Shown: positions 39,365 through 49,395 of the stretch, in pieces | How the letters are laid out: every line of letters begins with the position of its first letter | How positions within the stretch are numbered: position 1 is the stretch's first letter | Assembly (NCBI GenBank): GCA_963751795.1 | Contig: CAVVVI010000003.1 | Location: 79,286-143,285 of the forward strand | Length of the DNA stretch: 64,000 nt | Source: an uncultured Alphaproteobacteria bacterium | GTDB lineage: Bacteria; Pseudomonadota; Alphaproteobacteria; Acetobacterales; Acetobacteraceae | Direction of reading: 5' to 3' | Position numbers and translations under genes: made by a program | Notes under the pieces: generated by a model | Told to the model about the DNA's origin: nothing | The model's input: the letters and a program-made list of their open reading frames with translations, nothing else | Database searches by the model: none

Positions 39365-40516
39365 ATGAATGACGGCGGGCCGGTGGTGCAGGTGAACCCG
39401 ATGGGGGCGCTGGGCAACCGGATGATCCAGTATCTGGCGGCGCTGGCGCTGGTGGCGCGGGTGCCGGGGGCGCGGCTGGCGAAGATCCATCTGCCGGAAT
39501 GGGGCATTCAGGTGCCGCCGGACGATGAGGCGACGGAGCCTAGCGTGGTGGTGCGCGCGGCGGCGCTGGATCTGGCGGGGCTGGCCGATGCGCTGCGGAG
39601 TGGCGCGCTGCGCCGCGTGGTGATCGAGACGTATGCGCAGCGTTTGGGCAATTTCCTGCCGCCGGCCAGCTATCGCGGGTTGTTCGGCGGGCCGGGCGGG
39701 CGGGGGGCCGGCGAGGGCGAGCTGCTGTGCAACATCCGGCAGGGCGACATTCTGGACGGGCATCATGCCGATTACGTGCTGTTGCCGATCGATTTTTACG
39801 CCGAGGTGATCGAGCGGACCGGGCTGGCGCCGGTGTTCATGGGGCAGTTGGAGCCTTCGCCTTACATGGATGCGCTGCGGGCGCGGTTTCCGCACGCGCG
39901 GTATGTGCCGAGCCAGGGCGCGGCGGCGGATTTCGCGACCATCCGTGCGAGCCGGCATGTGGTGCCGGCGGTGAGCACGTTCAGCTGGCTGGCGGCATGG
40001 CTTTCGGACGCCCAGAGCGTGCACATGCCGGTGGTGGGGCTGTTCCATCCGTTGCAGGCGCGCGCTACGGATCTTCTGCCGCTCGACGATGCGCGGTTTC
40101 AGTTTACGGTGTTTCCATTCTTTCATGCGGTGCCGGTGGCGGGGTTTGCCGCGGCGCATGCGGCGGTGCGGCAGCTGTGGCGGCTGATGCCGGCGGATGC
40201 GGTGCGTGCGCTGATGGCGCGGGTGGCGCCGGCGCGCGAGCGGGGGGCGACGCTGGCGGTGTTCGACGAGGGTTTCTACCTGGCGCGATATCCGGATGTG
40301 GCGGCGAGCGTGGCGGGCGGGCACATGCCGAGCGGGCGGCATCATTTCGAGTTCTGCGGTTTCGAGGAGGGCCGCGAGGCGGTTCGCGTGGATGCGGCGT
40401 GGTATTGCGCGGCGTATCCGATTGCGGCGGTGGAGTTGGGTGAGGGCGTGGCGCGGAGTGCGGCCGAGCACTGGGTTTCGGTGGGGCGGGCGCGGGGGTA
40501 TCGGCGGTTCGGGTAG
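39365..40516 (+). CDS. GT11 (alpha-1,2-fucosyltransferase)-like glycosyltransferase with a C-terminal repeat extension
   Basis: GT11-like motifs MGALGNRMIQYLAAL, NIRQGDI and VSTFSWLAAWLS. C-terminal tandem motif FDEGFYLARYPDVAASV...HHFEFCGFEEGR / VDAAWYCAAYPIAAVEL...EHWVSVGRARGY. Confidence 0.6.
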   Translation: MNDGGPVVQVNPMGALGNRMIQYLAALALVARVPGARLAKIHLPEWGIQVPPDDEATEPSVVVRAAALDLAGLADALRSGALRRVVIETYAQRLGNFLPPASYRGLFGGPGGRGAGEGELLCNIRQGDILDGHHADYVLLPIDFYAEVIERTGLAPVFMGQLEPSPYMDALRARFPHARYVPSQGAAADFATIRASRHVVPAVSTFSWLAAWLSDAQSVHMPVVGLFHPLQARATDLLPLDDARFQFTVFPFFHAVPVAGFAAAHAAVRQLWRLMPADAVRALMARVAPARERGATLAVFDEGFYLARYPDVAASVAGGHMPSGRHHFEFCGFEEGREAVRVDAAWYCAAYPIAAVELGEGVARSAAEHWVSVGRARGYRRFG

Positions 40517-40520
40517 GGGA

Positions 40521-41231
40521 CTAGCGGCTGAGGCTGTCGGCGATGGCGGGGCCGAACCAGGCTTGGGGGAGGGAGGGGGTTTCGTCGTCGCGCTCTTCCT
40601 GCGTGCGGACGCAGGTTTTGGTGGTGGCGTAGATCTGGCGCCAGGGGGCGGGGTGGGCGAGGGCGGCCAGCAGGCACTGGTCGTAGACGGTGTAGGTGCG
40701 GCCGGCGCCGCAGCCGAAGCTGCTGCGGTCGGCCCGGGCGGCGGTGAGGATGATGCGGTTGGGGCGCGCCATGGGCGGGCGGGCGAAATCGCCCGAGTAG
40801 CAGCTCGAGATGATGACGATGGTGGGGGCCTGGGCGCAGCCGGCGGCGAGTGCGCGGTCGAGTGCGGCGGGGCTGAGGTATTGGTCGTTATGGCTGAGCC
40901 AGAGGCCGGCGTGGTGGGCGCCGTGCGAGGTGGCGAAGACCAGGCAGGATTGGCCCGGGGCGGGGCGGAGTGCGGCGATGGCGGCCAGCACGTGCGGCAG
41001 GGTGGCCAAGGCGATGCCCGGCTGGGCGGCGAGGGCGGGGCTGGTGCTGAGGCGGGTGGTTTTGGTGGCGGGCGGCAGGAGGGTGGCGAAGGCGGCGGTG
41101 GCGGCATCGAAGACGGGGAGGCTGTCGTCGCCGGCGATGAGGACGGCGGTGGGTGGGGGTGCGGCGGCCGCGGCGGGGGCGGTGAGTGCAAGGGCGGCGG
41201 CTAGGATGGCGGCGCGGCGGCTTGGGTGCAT
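40521..41231 (-). CDS. peptidase C13 (legumain-like) family protein, secreted
   Basis: Signal sequence MHPSRRAAILAAALALTAPAAAA. His-Gly (FATSHGAH) and Cys (IIISSCYSGDF) dyad pattern. Confidence 0.55.
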   Translation of the reverse strand: MHPSRRAAILAAALALTAPAAAAAPPPTAVLIAGDDSLPVFDAATAAFATLLPPATKTTRLSTSPALAAQPGIALATLPHVLAAIAALRPAPGQSCLVFATSHGAHHAGLWLSHNDQYLSPAALDRALAAGCAQAPTIVIISSCYSGDFARPPMARPNRIILTAARADRSSFGCGAGRTYTVYDQCLLAALAHPAPWRQIYATTKTCVRTQEERDDETPSLPQAWFGPAIADSLSR

Positions 41232-41312
41232 GGGGCATAGGAGCGGCGGCGGGGTGGCGGGTCAATGCCGCGGCTGGCGGGGTCAGTCCGTGGGGTCGTA
41301 GGTGCCGAATGT

Positions 41313-41705
41313 CTAGATTTGGCCTTCCGGATCGCGCGCCGTGTAGGAGCGGCCGGGGTAGCCTTCGTTGGGGGCGGGTGGGGCGATGATGGTGGCGCCG
41401 GCGGCTTGGGCCTGGGCGTGGTGGGCATCGGCGTCGGGCACGATGACGTAGAGCGAGGCGGTGACGCCGCCGGCCTGGGTGGGGGTGCGCCAGGCGATCG
41501 TGTCGGTGGGGCTGGGGGGCGTGACCGAGCCGAGCATGATGAGGGAGGCGCCGAGGCTGAGCTGGGCGTGGGCGATGCGGTTGGGGTCGGCCTCGTCGGG
41601 GATGACGAGGTGGGGGTGCAGGCCGAAGGCGGTGGTGAGGAAGGTTATGGCGGCTGGGGCGTTTGTGTAGCGCAGGCAGGCGATGAGGGGGGCTTGGGTG
41701 GCCAT
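41313..41705 (-). CDS. VOC (glyoxalase/bleomycin-resistance) family protein, ended early by an in-frame TAG
   Basis: ...YVIVPDADAHHAQAQAAGATII...GRSYTARDPEGQI*TFGTYDPTD*. The TAG at 41313-15 sits where the family has Trp. The full frame would run to 41283. Confidence 0.7.
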   Translation of the reverse strand: MATQAPLIACLRYTNAPAAITFLTTAFGLHPHLVIPDEADPNRIAHAQLSLGASLIMLGSVTPPSPTDTIAWRTPTQAGGVTASLYVIVPDADAHHAQAQAAGATIIAPPAPNEGYPGRSYTARDPEGQI

Positions 41706-41814
41706 GGGACGGGGCCTCCGGGGGGGGGGTGGGGTGGCGATCTGCGAGTGAACAGCGCCGCAAATCCGCTGATCGATTGAGTTCGTAGGTCGAGAAGCGG
41801 CCGAATGCGTTGTT

Positions 41815-43077
41815 TTAGGGTTGGGTGATGCGGAAGGCGATGTTGTCGTAATTGCCTGGTTTGAATGCGACGGCGGTGCCGAAGATGGTGCCGTTGTTGG
41901 CGATGATCATTGGGGTGCCGGCGCTGAAGCCGTAGGGCTGTTGGGTGAAGGTGTAGAGCGCGGTTTCGGTCCAGGGCGCGCCGGCGGTGGTGGGTTTGGT
42001 GAGTTTGTAGATCGTGGCGTTGGCTTCGGCGTGCGGGTTGCTGTTTTGCGGGGCGATGGCGCCGTAGATGGCGCCGCCGAGGCCGAACGAGAGGTAGGGG
42101 GTGGCGAGATAGTTTGTGTAGGAGGGCGCGTTGCCGGAGGGCACGCCCAGCTTGTCGTGGGCGAAGCTGTGCAGGGTTGTTGTTGTCCAGGTGGTCTGGC
42201 CCGGAGCGGGGGAGAGTTGGAGGATGGCGCAGGTTGCGGCGGAATCGCAAGGACCGCCATAGGCTGCCGGTTGAGTGGCGGCGAAGATGCTGTTGCCGCG
42301 CAGGGCGATCTGGCCGAGTGCGAGTGAGGGGGCGAAGGTTGCGAGCACGCGGCGGGCCCACGGGCCGCCGGCGATGGCTGGCGGGGTGAGCTTGTAGAGG
42401 AATTCGGCGGTGGGCGATCCGGTTTGTGGGCGGGCGACGCCGTAGAGTGCGCCTTTCGGATCGATCTGCAGGCCGAGGACGTTCTGGTTAGCGCGGTCGG
42501 TGTAGATGGTCGTCTCGCTCCACGGGCCGGTGCCGCTGGCGGGTGGGGTGAACATCAGGATGGTGTTGCCGCTCGGCAGGTACAGTTTGCCGGTGGCGTC
42601 GATGGCGAGCGGGACGACGGGGTTCACGCTGGTCTGAAATTCGAAGAGGTTCTGCTTCGTCCATGTCTGGCTGGGCGAGGTGGGCCGGGTCAGTTTGAAT
42701 ATTGTTCCGCAGCCGCTGTTGCTGGGCGACGAGCACGCGCTGGAACCGCCCCCGTAGGTGGTGCCGTAGATATTGCCTGCGCTGTCTTTGATGAGGGGCG
42801 CGGTGACGTAGGCGCCATCGTAGGGGGACCCTAATTCGACATCGAGCAGGGTTACCGACCAGTCGTGGTGTGCACCGCTTGGCTGGACGAGCTGGTACAC
42901 GGCGCCCTCGCCGATGCCCTGGATGGCGCCGCCGATGAAGGCGCCCTGGTCGTTGATCAGCCCGGTGGGTTGCACGGGGAGGTTGGGGGAGATGATTGTC
43001 TCGACGGCGTGGCCGGTGAGTGGCAGTGCCAGGGCGGCGAGGAGGGCTGAGCGGCCGGCGATGGTTGGTCGTGTCAT
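41815..43077 (-). CDS. secreted repeat protein (beta-propeller-like, distantly GloVer-like)
   Basis: Signal sequence MTRPTIAGRSALLAALALPLTGHA. Recurrent ...G.(I/L)YG(T/V)... and ...(I/L)(F/Y)KLT.P... units. Confidence 0.65.
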   Translation of the reverse strand: MTRPTIAGRSALLAALALPLTGHAVETIISPNLPVQPTGLINDQGAFIGGAIQGIGEGAVYQLVQPSGAHHDWSVTLLDVELGSPYDGAYVTAPLIKDSAGNIYGTTYGGGSSACSSPSNSGCGTIFKLTRPTSPSQTWTKQNLFEFQTSVNPVVPLAIDATGKLYLPSGNTILMFTPPASGTGPWSETTIYTDRANQNVLGLQIDPKGALYGVARPQTGSPTAEFLYKLTPPAIAGGPWARRVLATFAPSLALGQIALRGNSIFAATQPAAYGGPCDSAATCAILQLSPAPGQTTWTTTTLHSFAHDKLGVPSGNAPSYTNYLATPYLSFGLGGAIYGAIAPQNSNPHAEANATIYKLTKPTTAGAPWTETALYTFTQQPYGFSAGTPMIIANNGTIFGTAVAFKPGNYDNIAFRITQP

Positions 43078-43235
43078 GTGCGGTGCCCCCGGATTTAAGG
43101 AGCAACGTTTGGTGGGGATGCTGGGGTGGCGGCGGCCGCTTCACGTTGTCGCAAGCACGGTCTCGCGTGCGGGCTCGCGTTACGCGTTGCTGTCTTCGAC
43201 GAAGCTCCGCGCCGTCCGGGCTGCTGGGGCGCGGG

Positions 43236-44603
43236 TTACGGCTGGTAGGTTTTGAGGAACTGGGTGACGTTGGTGGGTTGGGCGGTGTTGGTTTCGCCGA
43301 AGCTGACGATGGTGTTGCTGTTGTCGTCGGTGAGGCAGGTGTTCGGGCCGGTTTGGGTCCAGCCGAGGACTGGGTCGAGGTGGGTGGGGTGGTTCCAGGG
43401 GGCGGTTGTGGAGGGGCGGGTGTTGGCGAAGCCGCCGGTTTGGGTTTGTACCCAGGCTAGGACTGCCTGGCCGGTGCTGGAGGAGGCGTAGCAGACGGCG
43501 CTGATGGTGGCGTGGGCGGTAGCGATCGTTGCGGGCGTGGTCCACTGGTTCGACGCGAGGCTGCCTGGCAGGGCGTTGATGCGGGAGGCGGTGCTGGTTG
43601 CGTGCAGCAGCAGGAGCGTGGCGTTGCCGGCGCCGTCGGTTCCGAAGCCGGCGGCTGTGGTGTTCGGATCGGTGCTGACGGTGGTGCCTGCGCTCCAGGC
43701 CTGGCCGGCGCCGGTCTGCGTGAAGATGGTGATGGCGCCGGCATCGTCCGTCGATGTGACGCCGATGCGGCCGGCATCGTCGATGGCGAGGAGGGCGTGG
43801 TGGCGGTTGTTCAGGCGGCCGCCGAGCAGGGGTGAGGTGTCGGGCGTGTGCGCGGGCGAGAGCCGGGTGACGGACAGCGCGTCGCTGGTGTGGCAGCCGA
43901 CGCGGCCGCAGCCGACGATGGCGTTGTCGTAGGCGATGGCGAGATCGCCGTTGCGGGCGAGGGCTGCGCCGGCGAGGGAGAGGTAGGAGGGGTTGTCGGC
44001 ACCGCTGGCGACGGCCTGGCTGGCGCCCCAGGGCTGGCCGGCTGGCGCGATTGTGGCGCCGATGACCGGCACCGAGTAGCCGGATACGCCGCTGATGCTC
44101 CACACGGCGGCGCTATCGCCGCCCGGGTTGGAGAGGGCGCGGACGGTGCCGAAGCCGCGGCCCGAGGTGAGGAGGGTGGGGGCGGTCCAGCTCGTGCCGT
44201 GGCGGGTGGATGCGAAGATCTGGGCGATGGCCGTTTGGCTGTCGCTGGTCTGTTCCGCCCAGATCACTGTGGGCTCGCCGGCGGGCGACAGGGTTGCCCC
44301 GACCGAGGTGATTGCGGGGCCCGATGGCACGATGGTGGCGGGCTGCCAGTGGCGCGTGGCGTCGCCGGTGCGCAGCATGATGCGGGCGCAGATGGCCGAT
44401 GGTGTGCAGGGCTGCGGCTGTGCCCAGACCGCGACGAGCGCGCCGGTGGCGTTGGCGGCCGTGAAGACCGGTACGGGGGTTTGGGCGAGGGCGACGCTGC
44501 GTTGCCACGTGCCGGCGGCTGAGGCGGTGGCCGATGCGGAGCCGAGCAGGCAGGCGGCGAGCAGTGCGGAAGTTCTCACGGACGCATCCCTGGACGTTTG
44601 CAA
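43236..44603 (-). CDS. secreted hypothetical protein
   Basis: Signal sequence ...SALLAACLLGSASATASA. 455 aa, Thr/Ala/Gly-rich. No family recognised. Confidence 0.55.
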   Translation of the reverse strand: MQTSRDASVRTSALLAACLLGSASATASAAGTWQRSVALAQTPVPVFTAANATGALVAVWAQPQPCTPSAICARIMLRTGDATRHWQPATIVPSGPAITSVGATLSPAGEPTVIWAEQTSDSQTAIAQIFASTRHGTSWTAPTLLTSGRGFGTVRALSNPGGDSAAVWSISGVSGYSVPVIGATIAPAGQPWGASQAVASGADNPSYLSLAGAALARNGDLAIAYDNAIVGCGRVGCHTSDALSVTRLSPAHTPDTSPLLGGRLNNRHHALLAIDDAGRIGVTSTDDAGAITIFTQTGAGQAWSAGTTVSTDPNTTAAGFGTDGAGNATLLLLHATSTASRINALPGSLASNQWTTPATIATAHATISAVCYASSSTGQAVLAWVQTQTGGFANTRPSTTAPWNHPTHLDPVLGWTQTGPNTCLTDDNSNTIVSFGETNTAQPTNVTQFLKTYQP

Positions 44604-44711
44604 TTCGACGCAGAATGGTGCGTCACCGTCTGTTAAGCAAGCGCAATGAAAGAAAGTGTCCGCTTTATCTTGCCTCCCTAAACCCGCTCAAAACCGCGCG
44701 CTCCTGCACCT

Positions 44712-45242
44712 TCAGTCCCTCTGCAACACCAACCAGTCGCCCTTGTAGCAATAAAAGAAAGTCTCGGTTGAGGTCCCGTCCTGGATAATCGGTCGGTTGG
44801 TTTTTAAACCATCGGGACCATGCCGTATTTTGCGTGCGTATGCCTTTGCTTCCGGTTCCGATCGCTCGAACGAAAGCGCATCCGCAAGATACACAAATTC
44901 AGAAAGCCGCAGACTTTCGGCGACTATTCGCAATCCGTGCGGATGCCACGGCCAATGAAGATAAGGGGGACATTGGCCGTGGAGAACGGTGTCATTTCCT
45001 TCGAAAACCAAGAGAAAGTCTCTATCTGTGCGTTGGCACCAGAAAATCTTACTGACAGGCTTTTCCGCAGGTCTGCCGGAAGAATAGTCTGCAATCTGCA
45101 TAGGGCCTTCCACGTCTTCAGCTGGTTCCTGAACACCACTGCAGCCGAGCTTTTCCATCTGATTTTGGCTATACGACGGCGCCGCTACCGCGCAGCACGA
45201 AACAAACGTAAGAGCGAAGGCGACCCGTCCTACCTCTTGCAT
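44712..45242 (-). CDS. hypothetical exported protein (AT-rich islet)
   Basis: 176-aa ORF with an N-terminal hydrophobic segment VAFALTFVSCCAVAAPS. No family recognised. Confidence 0.45.
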   Translation of the reverse strand: MQEVGRVAFALTFVSCCAVAAPSYSQNQMEKLGCSGVQEPAEDVEGPMQIADYSSGRPAEKPVSKIFWCQRTDRDFLLVFEGNDTVLHGQCPPYLHWPWHPHGLRIVAESLRLSEFVYLADALSFERSEPEAKAYARKIRHGPDGLKTNRPIIQDGTSTETFFYCYKGDWLVLQRD

Positions 45243-45460
45243 CGCTCAGTGACCGCCCGTCGGAGCCCGAAGTTTTGCTGCTCGGCAGATACAGCTTGCC
45301 CGCATGATCGATGCCTCCGCCATTGTGCTGCCACCATTGAGCCGAAACGATCGTCCGTCGCACTTCATCCATGTTACCGTTCGACGCGACCGTATGCACG
45401 TGGACAGGGCAGTAACGCGACACAAGAGCACGCCTGCACGCAACAACCCGCGACAGCCCG

Positions 45461-45510
45461 ACAAAAGTCTTTTGCTTCTTTTCTTCAGAAAAGAAGACCT
45501 TGCCTTAACC
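45461..45510. terminator. A/T-rich hairpin repeat (family 2, copy b), 3' of hemB
   Basis: CTTCTTTTC-ttca-GAAAAGAAG (45475..45496). The flank CGACAGCCCGACAAAAGTCTTTTGC matches copy c. Confidence 0.5.
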
Positions 45511-45518
45511 TTCGAGCA

Positions 45519-46511
45519 TCACCCCCGCAAAACGCGCGCGGCGTCCACGGCGAAATACGTCAGCACGCCGGCGGCGCCGGCGCGTTTGAAGGCGAGGAGG
45601 CTTTCGAGCATGGCGGCTTGGCGGTCGATCCAGCCGCGTTCGGCGGCGGCGGTGATCATCGCGTATTCGCCGCTGACCTGGTAGGCGAAGGTTGGGATTT
45701 CGAAGCGTGTGGCGACGCGGGCGACGATGTCGAGATAGGGCATGCCGGGTTTGACCATGACCATGTCGGCGCCTTCGGCGATGTCGGTTTCGACTTCGCG
45801 CATGGCTTCGTCGGAATTGGCCGGGTCCATTTGGTAGGTTTTCTTGTCGCCGACGAGTGACTTGGCCGAGCCGAGGGCGTCGCGGAACGGGCCGTAGAAG
45901 GCGCTCGCGTATTTGGCGGCGTAGCTCATGATGGTGGTGTGGGTGAGGCCTTCGGCGTCGAGTGCGGCGCGGATGCGGGCGACGCGGCCGTCCATCATGT
46001 CGGATGGTGCGATGGTGTCGATGCCGGCGTGGGCCTGGTTGGTGGCCTGGCGGGTGAGGATGGCGAGTGTTTCGTCGTTGGCGATGAGGCCGTTGCGGAT
46101 GACGCCGTCGTGGCCGTGGTCGGTGTAGGGATCGAGGGCGACGTCGCCGATGAGGCCGATCTGCGGGTAGGCGGATTTCACCAGGCGGGCGGCGCGGCAG
46201 ATGAGGTTGTCGGGGTTCAGCGCCTCGGTGCCCTCGGCGTTTTTGCGTTCGGGGGGCGTGGCGGGGAACAGGGCGATGGCGGGGATGCCGAGGGTTGCGG
46301 CGTCCGCAATGTGGGCTTCGAGGCGGTCCAGCGTGACGCGGTGGATTCCGGGCATGGCGGCGACGGGCGTGGTCTGGCCGGTGCCTTCGATGAGGAAGAC
46401 GGGCCAGATCAGGTCATCGACGCCGAGGGTGTGTTCGGCGACGAGGCGGCGGGTCCAGGGTTGGGCGCGCAGGCGGCGGGGGCGGCCGGCGGGGAAGGGT
46501 GCGAACCTCAC
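45519..46511 (-). CDS. hemB: porphobilinogen synthase (delta-aminolevulinate dehydratase)
   Basis: RPRRLR...LIWPVFLIEG...GADMVMVKPGMPYLDIV...AYQVSGEYAM. GTG 46511 overlaps the permease stop. Confidence 0.92.
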   Translation of the reverse strand: MRFAPFPAGRPRRLRAQPWTRRLVAEHTLGVDDLIWPVFLIEGTGQTTPVAAMPGIHRVTLDRLEAHIADAATLGIPAIALFPATPPERKNAEGTEALNPDNLICRAARLVKSAYPQIGLIGDVALDPYTDHGHDGVIRNGLIANDETLAILTRQATNQAHAGIDTIAPSDMMDGRVARIRAALDAEGLTHTTIMSYAAKYASAFYGPFRDALGSAKSLVGDKKTYQMDPANSDEAMREVETDIAEGADMVMVKPGMPYLDIVARVATRFEIPTFAYQVSGEYAMITAAAERGWIDRQAAMLESLLAFKRAGAAGVLTYFAVDAARVLRG

Positions 46512-47963
46512 GCGCCGCGGCGGAGCCGGCTGTGGCGGCGGCTGTAGCCGAAATAGATGACCAGGCCGATCAGCAGCCAGACCATGGAGAGCAGTTTGGT
46601 TTGCAGCGGCAGCGAGGCCATGAGCGCGCCGCAGACGATGATGCCGAGGGCCGGCACGTAGGGCGAGTAGGGGGTGCGGAAGGCGCGCGGGCGATCGGGA
46701 TCGGTGCGGCGCAGGACGAGGACGCCGACGCAGACGATGACGAAGGCGAGCAGGGTGCCGAAGGAGGTGATGTGGCCGAGCTGCTGCAGCGGCGCGAAGC
46801 CGCCGGCCAGGCCGGTGAACACCATGAAGGTGAGGTTGGAGAGGTAGGGCGTGCGGAAGCGCGGGTGGACGGCGGAGAAGGCGCGCGGCAGCAGCCCGTC
46901 ATCCGACATGGCGTAGAACACGCGGCTTTGGCCGAGCAGCATGACGAGGATGACCGAGGTGAGGCCGGCGATGGCGCCGATATCGACGGCGACCTTGAGG
47001 AACGGCATGGGCGTGTGGGCCAGGGCGGCCGAGACGGGGGCGGCGACGTGCAGCTGGGTGTAGCTCATCAGCCCAGTGAGCACGAGGCAGACCAGCACGT
47101 AGAGAAAGGTGCAGATGGCCAGCGAGACGAGGATGCCGATGGGCATGTCGCGTTCGGGGTTTTTGGCTTCCTGGGCGGCGGTGCTGACCGCATCGAAGCC
47201 GATATAGGCGAAGAAGACGGTGGCGGCGCCCTGGAAGATGCCGGAGATGCCGAAATGGCCGAAATCGGACCATTCATGCGGGTTGGGCGGGATGAAGGGG
47301 TGCCAGTTTTCCGGCCGCACGTAGAGCGCGCCGAAGCCGATGAAGGCGGCGACGACGGCGAGTTTGAGCACCACGATGATGCTGTTCACTTTCGCCGAAT
47401 TCGGAGATGCCGCGGATCAGCAGCAGCGAGACGCAGACCACGATGAGCATGGCGGGCAGGTTGACGATGCCGGGTGCGGGGTTGCCGGCGCCATCGGTAT
47501 CGAAGGGTGAGGCGATGAGCGCGTGGGGCAGGGCCAGGCCGAATTTGCCCAGGAAGCTGGAGACGTAGCCGGACCAGGAGACCGAGACGGTGGCCGCACC
47601 GACCGCGTATTCGAGCGTGAGCGCCCAGCCGATGATCCAGGCGACCAGCTCGCCCAGCGAGGCGTAGGCATAGGAATAGGCCGAGCCGGCGGCCGGGATC
47701 ATGCCCGAGAGCTCGCTGTAGCAGAGGCCGGCGAGTGCGCAGCCGAGGGCGGCGAGCAGGAAGCTGAGGACGACGGCGGGGCCGGCATTGTCGGCGGCCG
47801 CGATGCCGGTGAGCGAGAAGATGCCGGCGCCGATGATGGCGCCGATGCCCAGCGCCACGAGGCTGAGCGGGCCCAGCGTGCGTTTGAAGCCGTGCTCGCC
47901 GTCGGCACCCTTCGCCTGGATCGGTTTTTTGGCGAAGAGCGGGTTGCCGAGGGTCAGGCTCAT
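46508..47963 (-). pseudogene. APC-family amino acid permease, apparent 1-nt insertion
   Basis: MSLTLGNPLFAKK...ALGIGAIIGAGIFSLTG...LLLIRGISE is in one frame. SAKVNSIIVVLKLAVVAAFI... is in the next. Removing one base of GAATTC (47397-47402) restores GISESAKVN. Confidence 0.85.
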
Positions 47964-48085
47964 GAGGGTCCTTGGGCGGAAAGATGGCAGGCGGAGCGGC
48001 GCGGCGGTTTCCCCCACGCGGCCGTGAGTGGTAGGCTGCCCGCTTGCTGCGCCAGACGCAAATCGACCCGTGAAGGAGACCGGCC

Positions 48086-49390
48086 TTGAACGACCAGACC
48101 GTCAGTATGTCCGCCAGCCGTTTCTTTGCCGCACCGCTGGCCGAGACCGATCCGGCGATTGCCGCGGTGCTGGGACGCGAGCTGGGGCGCCAGCAGGACG
48201 GGATCGAGCTGATCGCCTCGGAGAACATCGTCTCGGCGGCGGTGATGGAGGCGCAGGGGAGTGTGCTGACGAACAAATATGCCGAGGGGTATCCGGGGCG
48301 GCGGTATTACGGCGGCTGCCAGGAGGTGGACGTGGCCGAGAGCCTGGCCATCGAGCGGGCATGTGCGCTGTTCGGCTGCGCGTATGCCAACGTGCAGCCG
48401 CATAGCGGGGCGCAGGCCAACCAGGCGGTGTTCCTGGCGCTGATTCAGCCGGGCGACACGATTCTGGGCATGTCGTTGGCGGCGGGCGGGCATCTGACGC
48501 ATGGGGCGGCGCCGAACCAGAGCGGCAAGTGGTTCCGCGCGGTGCAGTATGGCGTGCGGCGCGATAACGGGCTGCTGGATTACGAGGAGCTGGAGACGCT
48601 GGCGCATGCCGAGCGGCCGAAGCTGATCATTGCCGGCGGCAGTGCGTATCCGCGGGTGATCGATTTCGCGCGCATCCGCGCGGTGGCCGATGCGGTGGGT
48701 GCGCTGTTCATGGTGGATATGGCGCATTTCGCCGGGCTGGTGGCGGCCGGGCTGTATCCGAGCCCGCTGCCGCATGCGCATGTGGTGACGACGACGACGC
48801 ACAAGACGCTGCGCGGGCCGCGTGGCGGCATGATCCTGAGCAACGATGCCGACCTGGGCAAGAAGTTCAACTCGGCGGTGTTTCCCGGCTTGCAGGGCGG
48901 GCCGCTGATGCATGTGATTGCGGCCAAGGCGGTGGCGTTCGGCGAGGCGCTGCGGCCGGAGTTTCGCGCCTACCAGCGCGCGGTGATCGACAATGCGCGC
49001 GTGCTGGCCGCTACGCTGGCGGGCAGCGGGCTGGATATCGTGACGGGGGGCACCGACAGCCATCTGCTGCTGGTGGATCTGCGGCCCAAGGGCGTGACCG
49101 GCAAGGCGACGGATGACAGCCTGCAGCGGGCGCACATCACGGCCAACAAGAACGCGATCCCGTTCGACCCGGCCAAGCCGGCGGTGACGAGCGGCATCCG
49201 GCTGGGCAGCCCGGCGGCCACGACGCGGGGGTTCGGCGAGGCCGAGTTCCGCACGGTGGGCGAGATGATCGCCGAGCTGGTGGATGGGTTGGCGGGCAGT
49301 GCGGATGGCACCAATGCGGCGGCCGAGACGGCGGTGGGTGCGCGGGTGCTGGAGCTGTGCGCGCGGTTTCCGATCTACCGGCAGGGTTGA
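48086..49390 (+). CDS. glyA: serine hydroxymethyltransferase
   Basis: ...[38 protein letters not shown]...[16 protein letters not shown]... Confidence 0.93.
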   Translation: MNDQTVSMSASRFFAAPLAETDPAIAAVLGRELGRQQDGIELIASENIVSAAVMEAQGSVLTNKYAEGYPGRRYYGGCQEVDVAESLAIERACALFGCAYANVQPHSGAQANQAVFLALIQPGDTILGMSLAAGGHLTHGAAPNQSGKWFRAVQYGVRRDNGLLDYEELETLAHAERPKLIIAGGSAYPRVIDFARIRAVADAVGALFMVDMAHFAGLVAAGLYPSPLPHAHVVTTTTHKTLRGPRGGMILSNDADLGKKFNSAVFPGLQGGPLMHVIAAKAVAFGEALRPEFRAYQRAVIDNARVLAATLAGSGLDIVTGGTDSHLLLVDLRPKGVTGKATDDSLQRAHITANKNAIPFDPAKPAVTSGIRLGSPAATTRGFGEAEFRTVGEMIAELVDGLAGSADGTNAAAETAVGARVLELCARFPIYRQG

Positions 49391-49395
49391 GGCGG

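Noticed and set aside
45169-45464. Two overlapping small minus-strand ORFs (84 and 72 aa) between the 44712 gene and hemB
   Set aside because: They are mutually exclusive frames, neither with an RBS or recognisable motif. Left unannotated.
47964-48085. Riboswitch (for example ZTP/pfl) in the glyA leader
   Set aside because: No recognisable conserved cores such as the GGGUCGUGACUGGCG and CCGCCUGGGC segments. Only generic GC-rich sequence.
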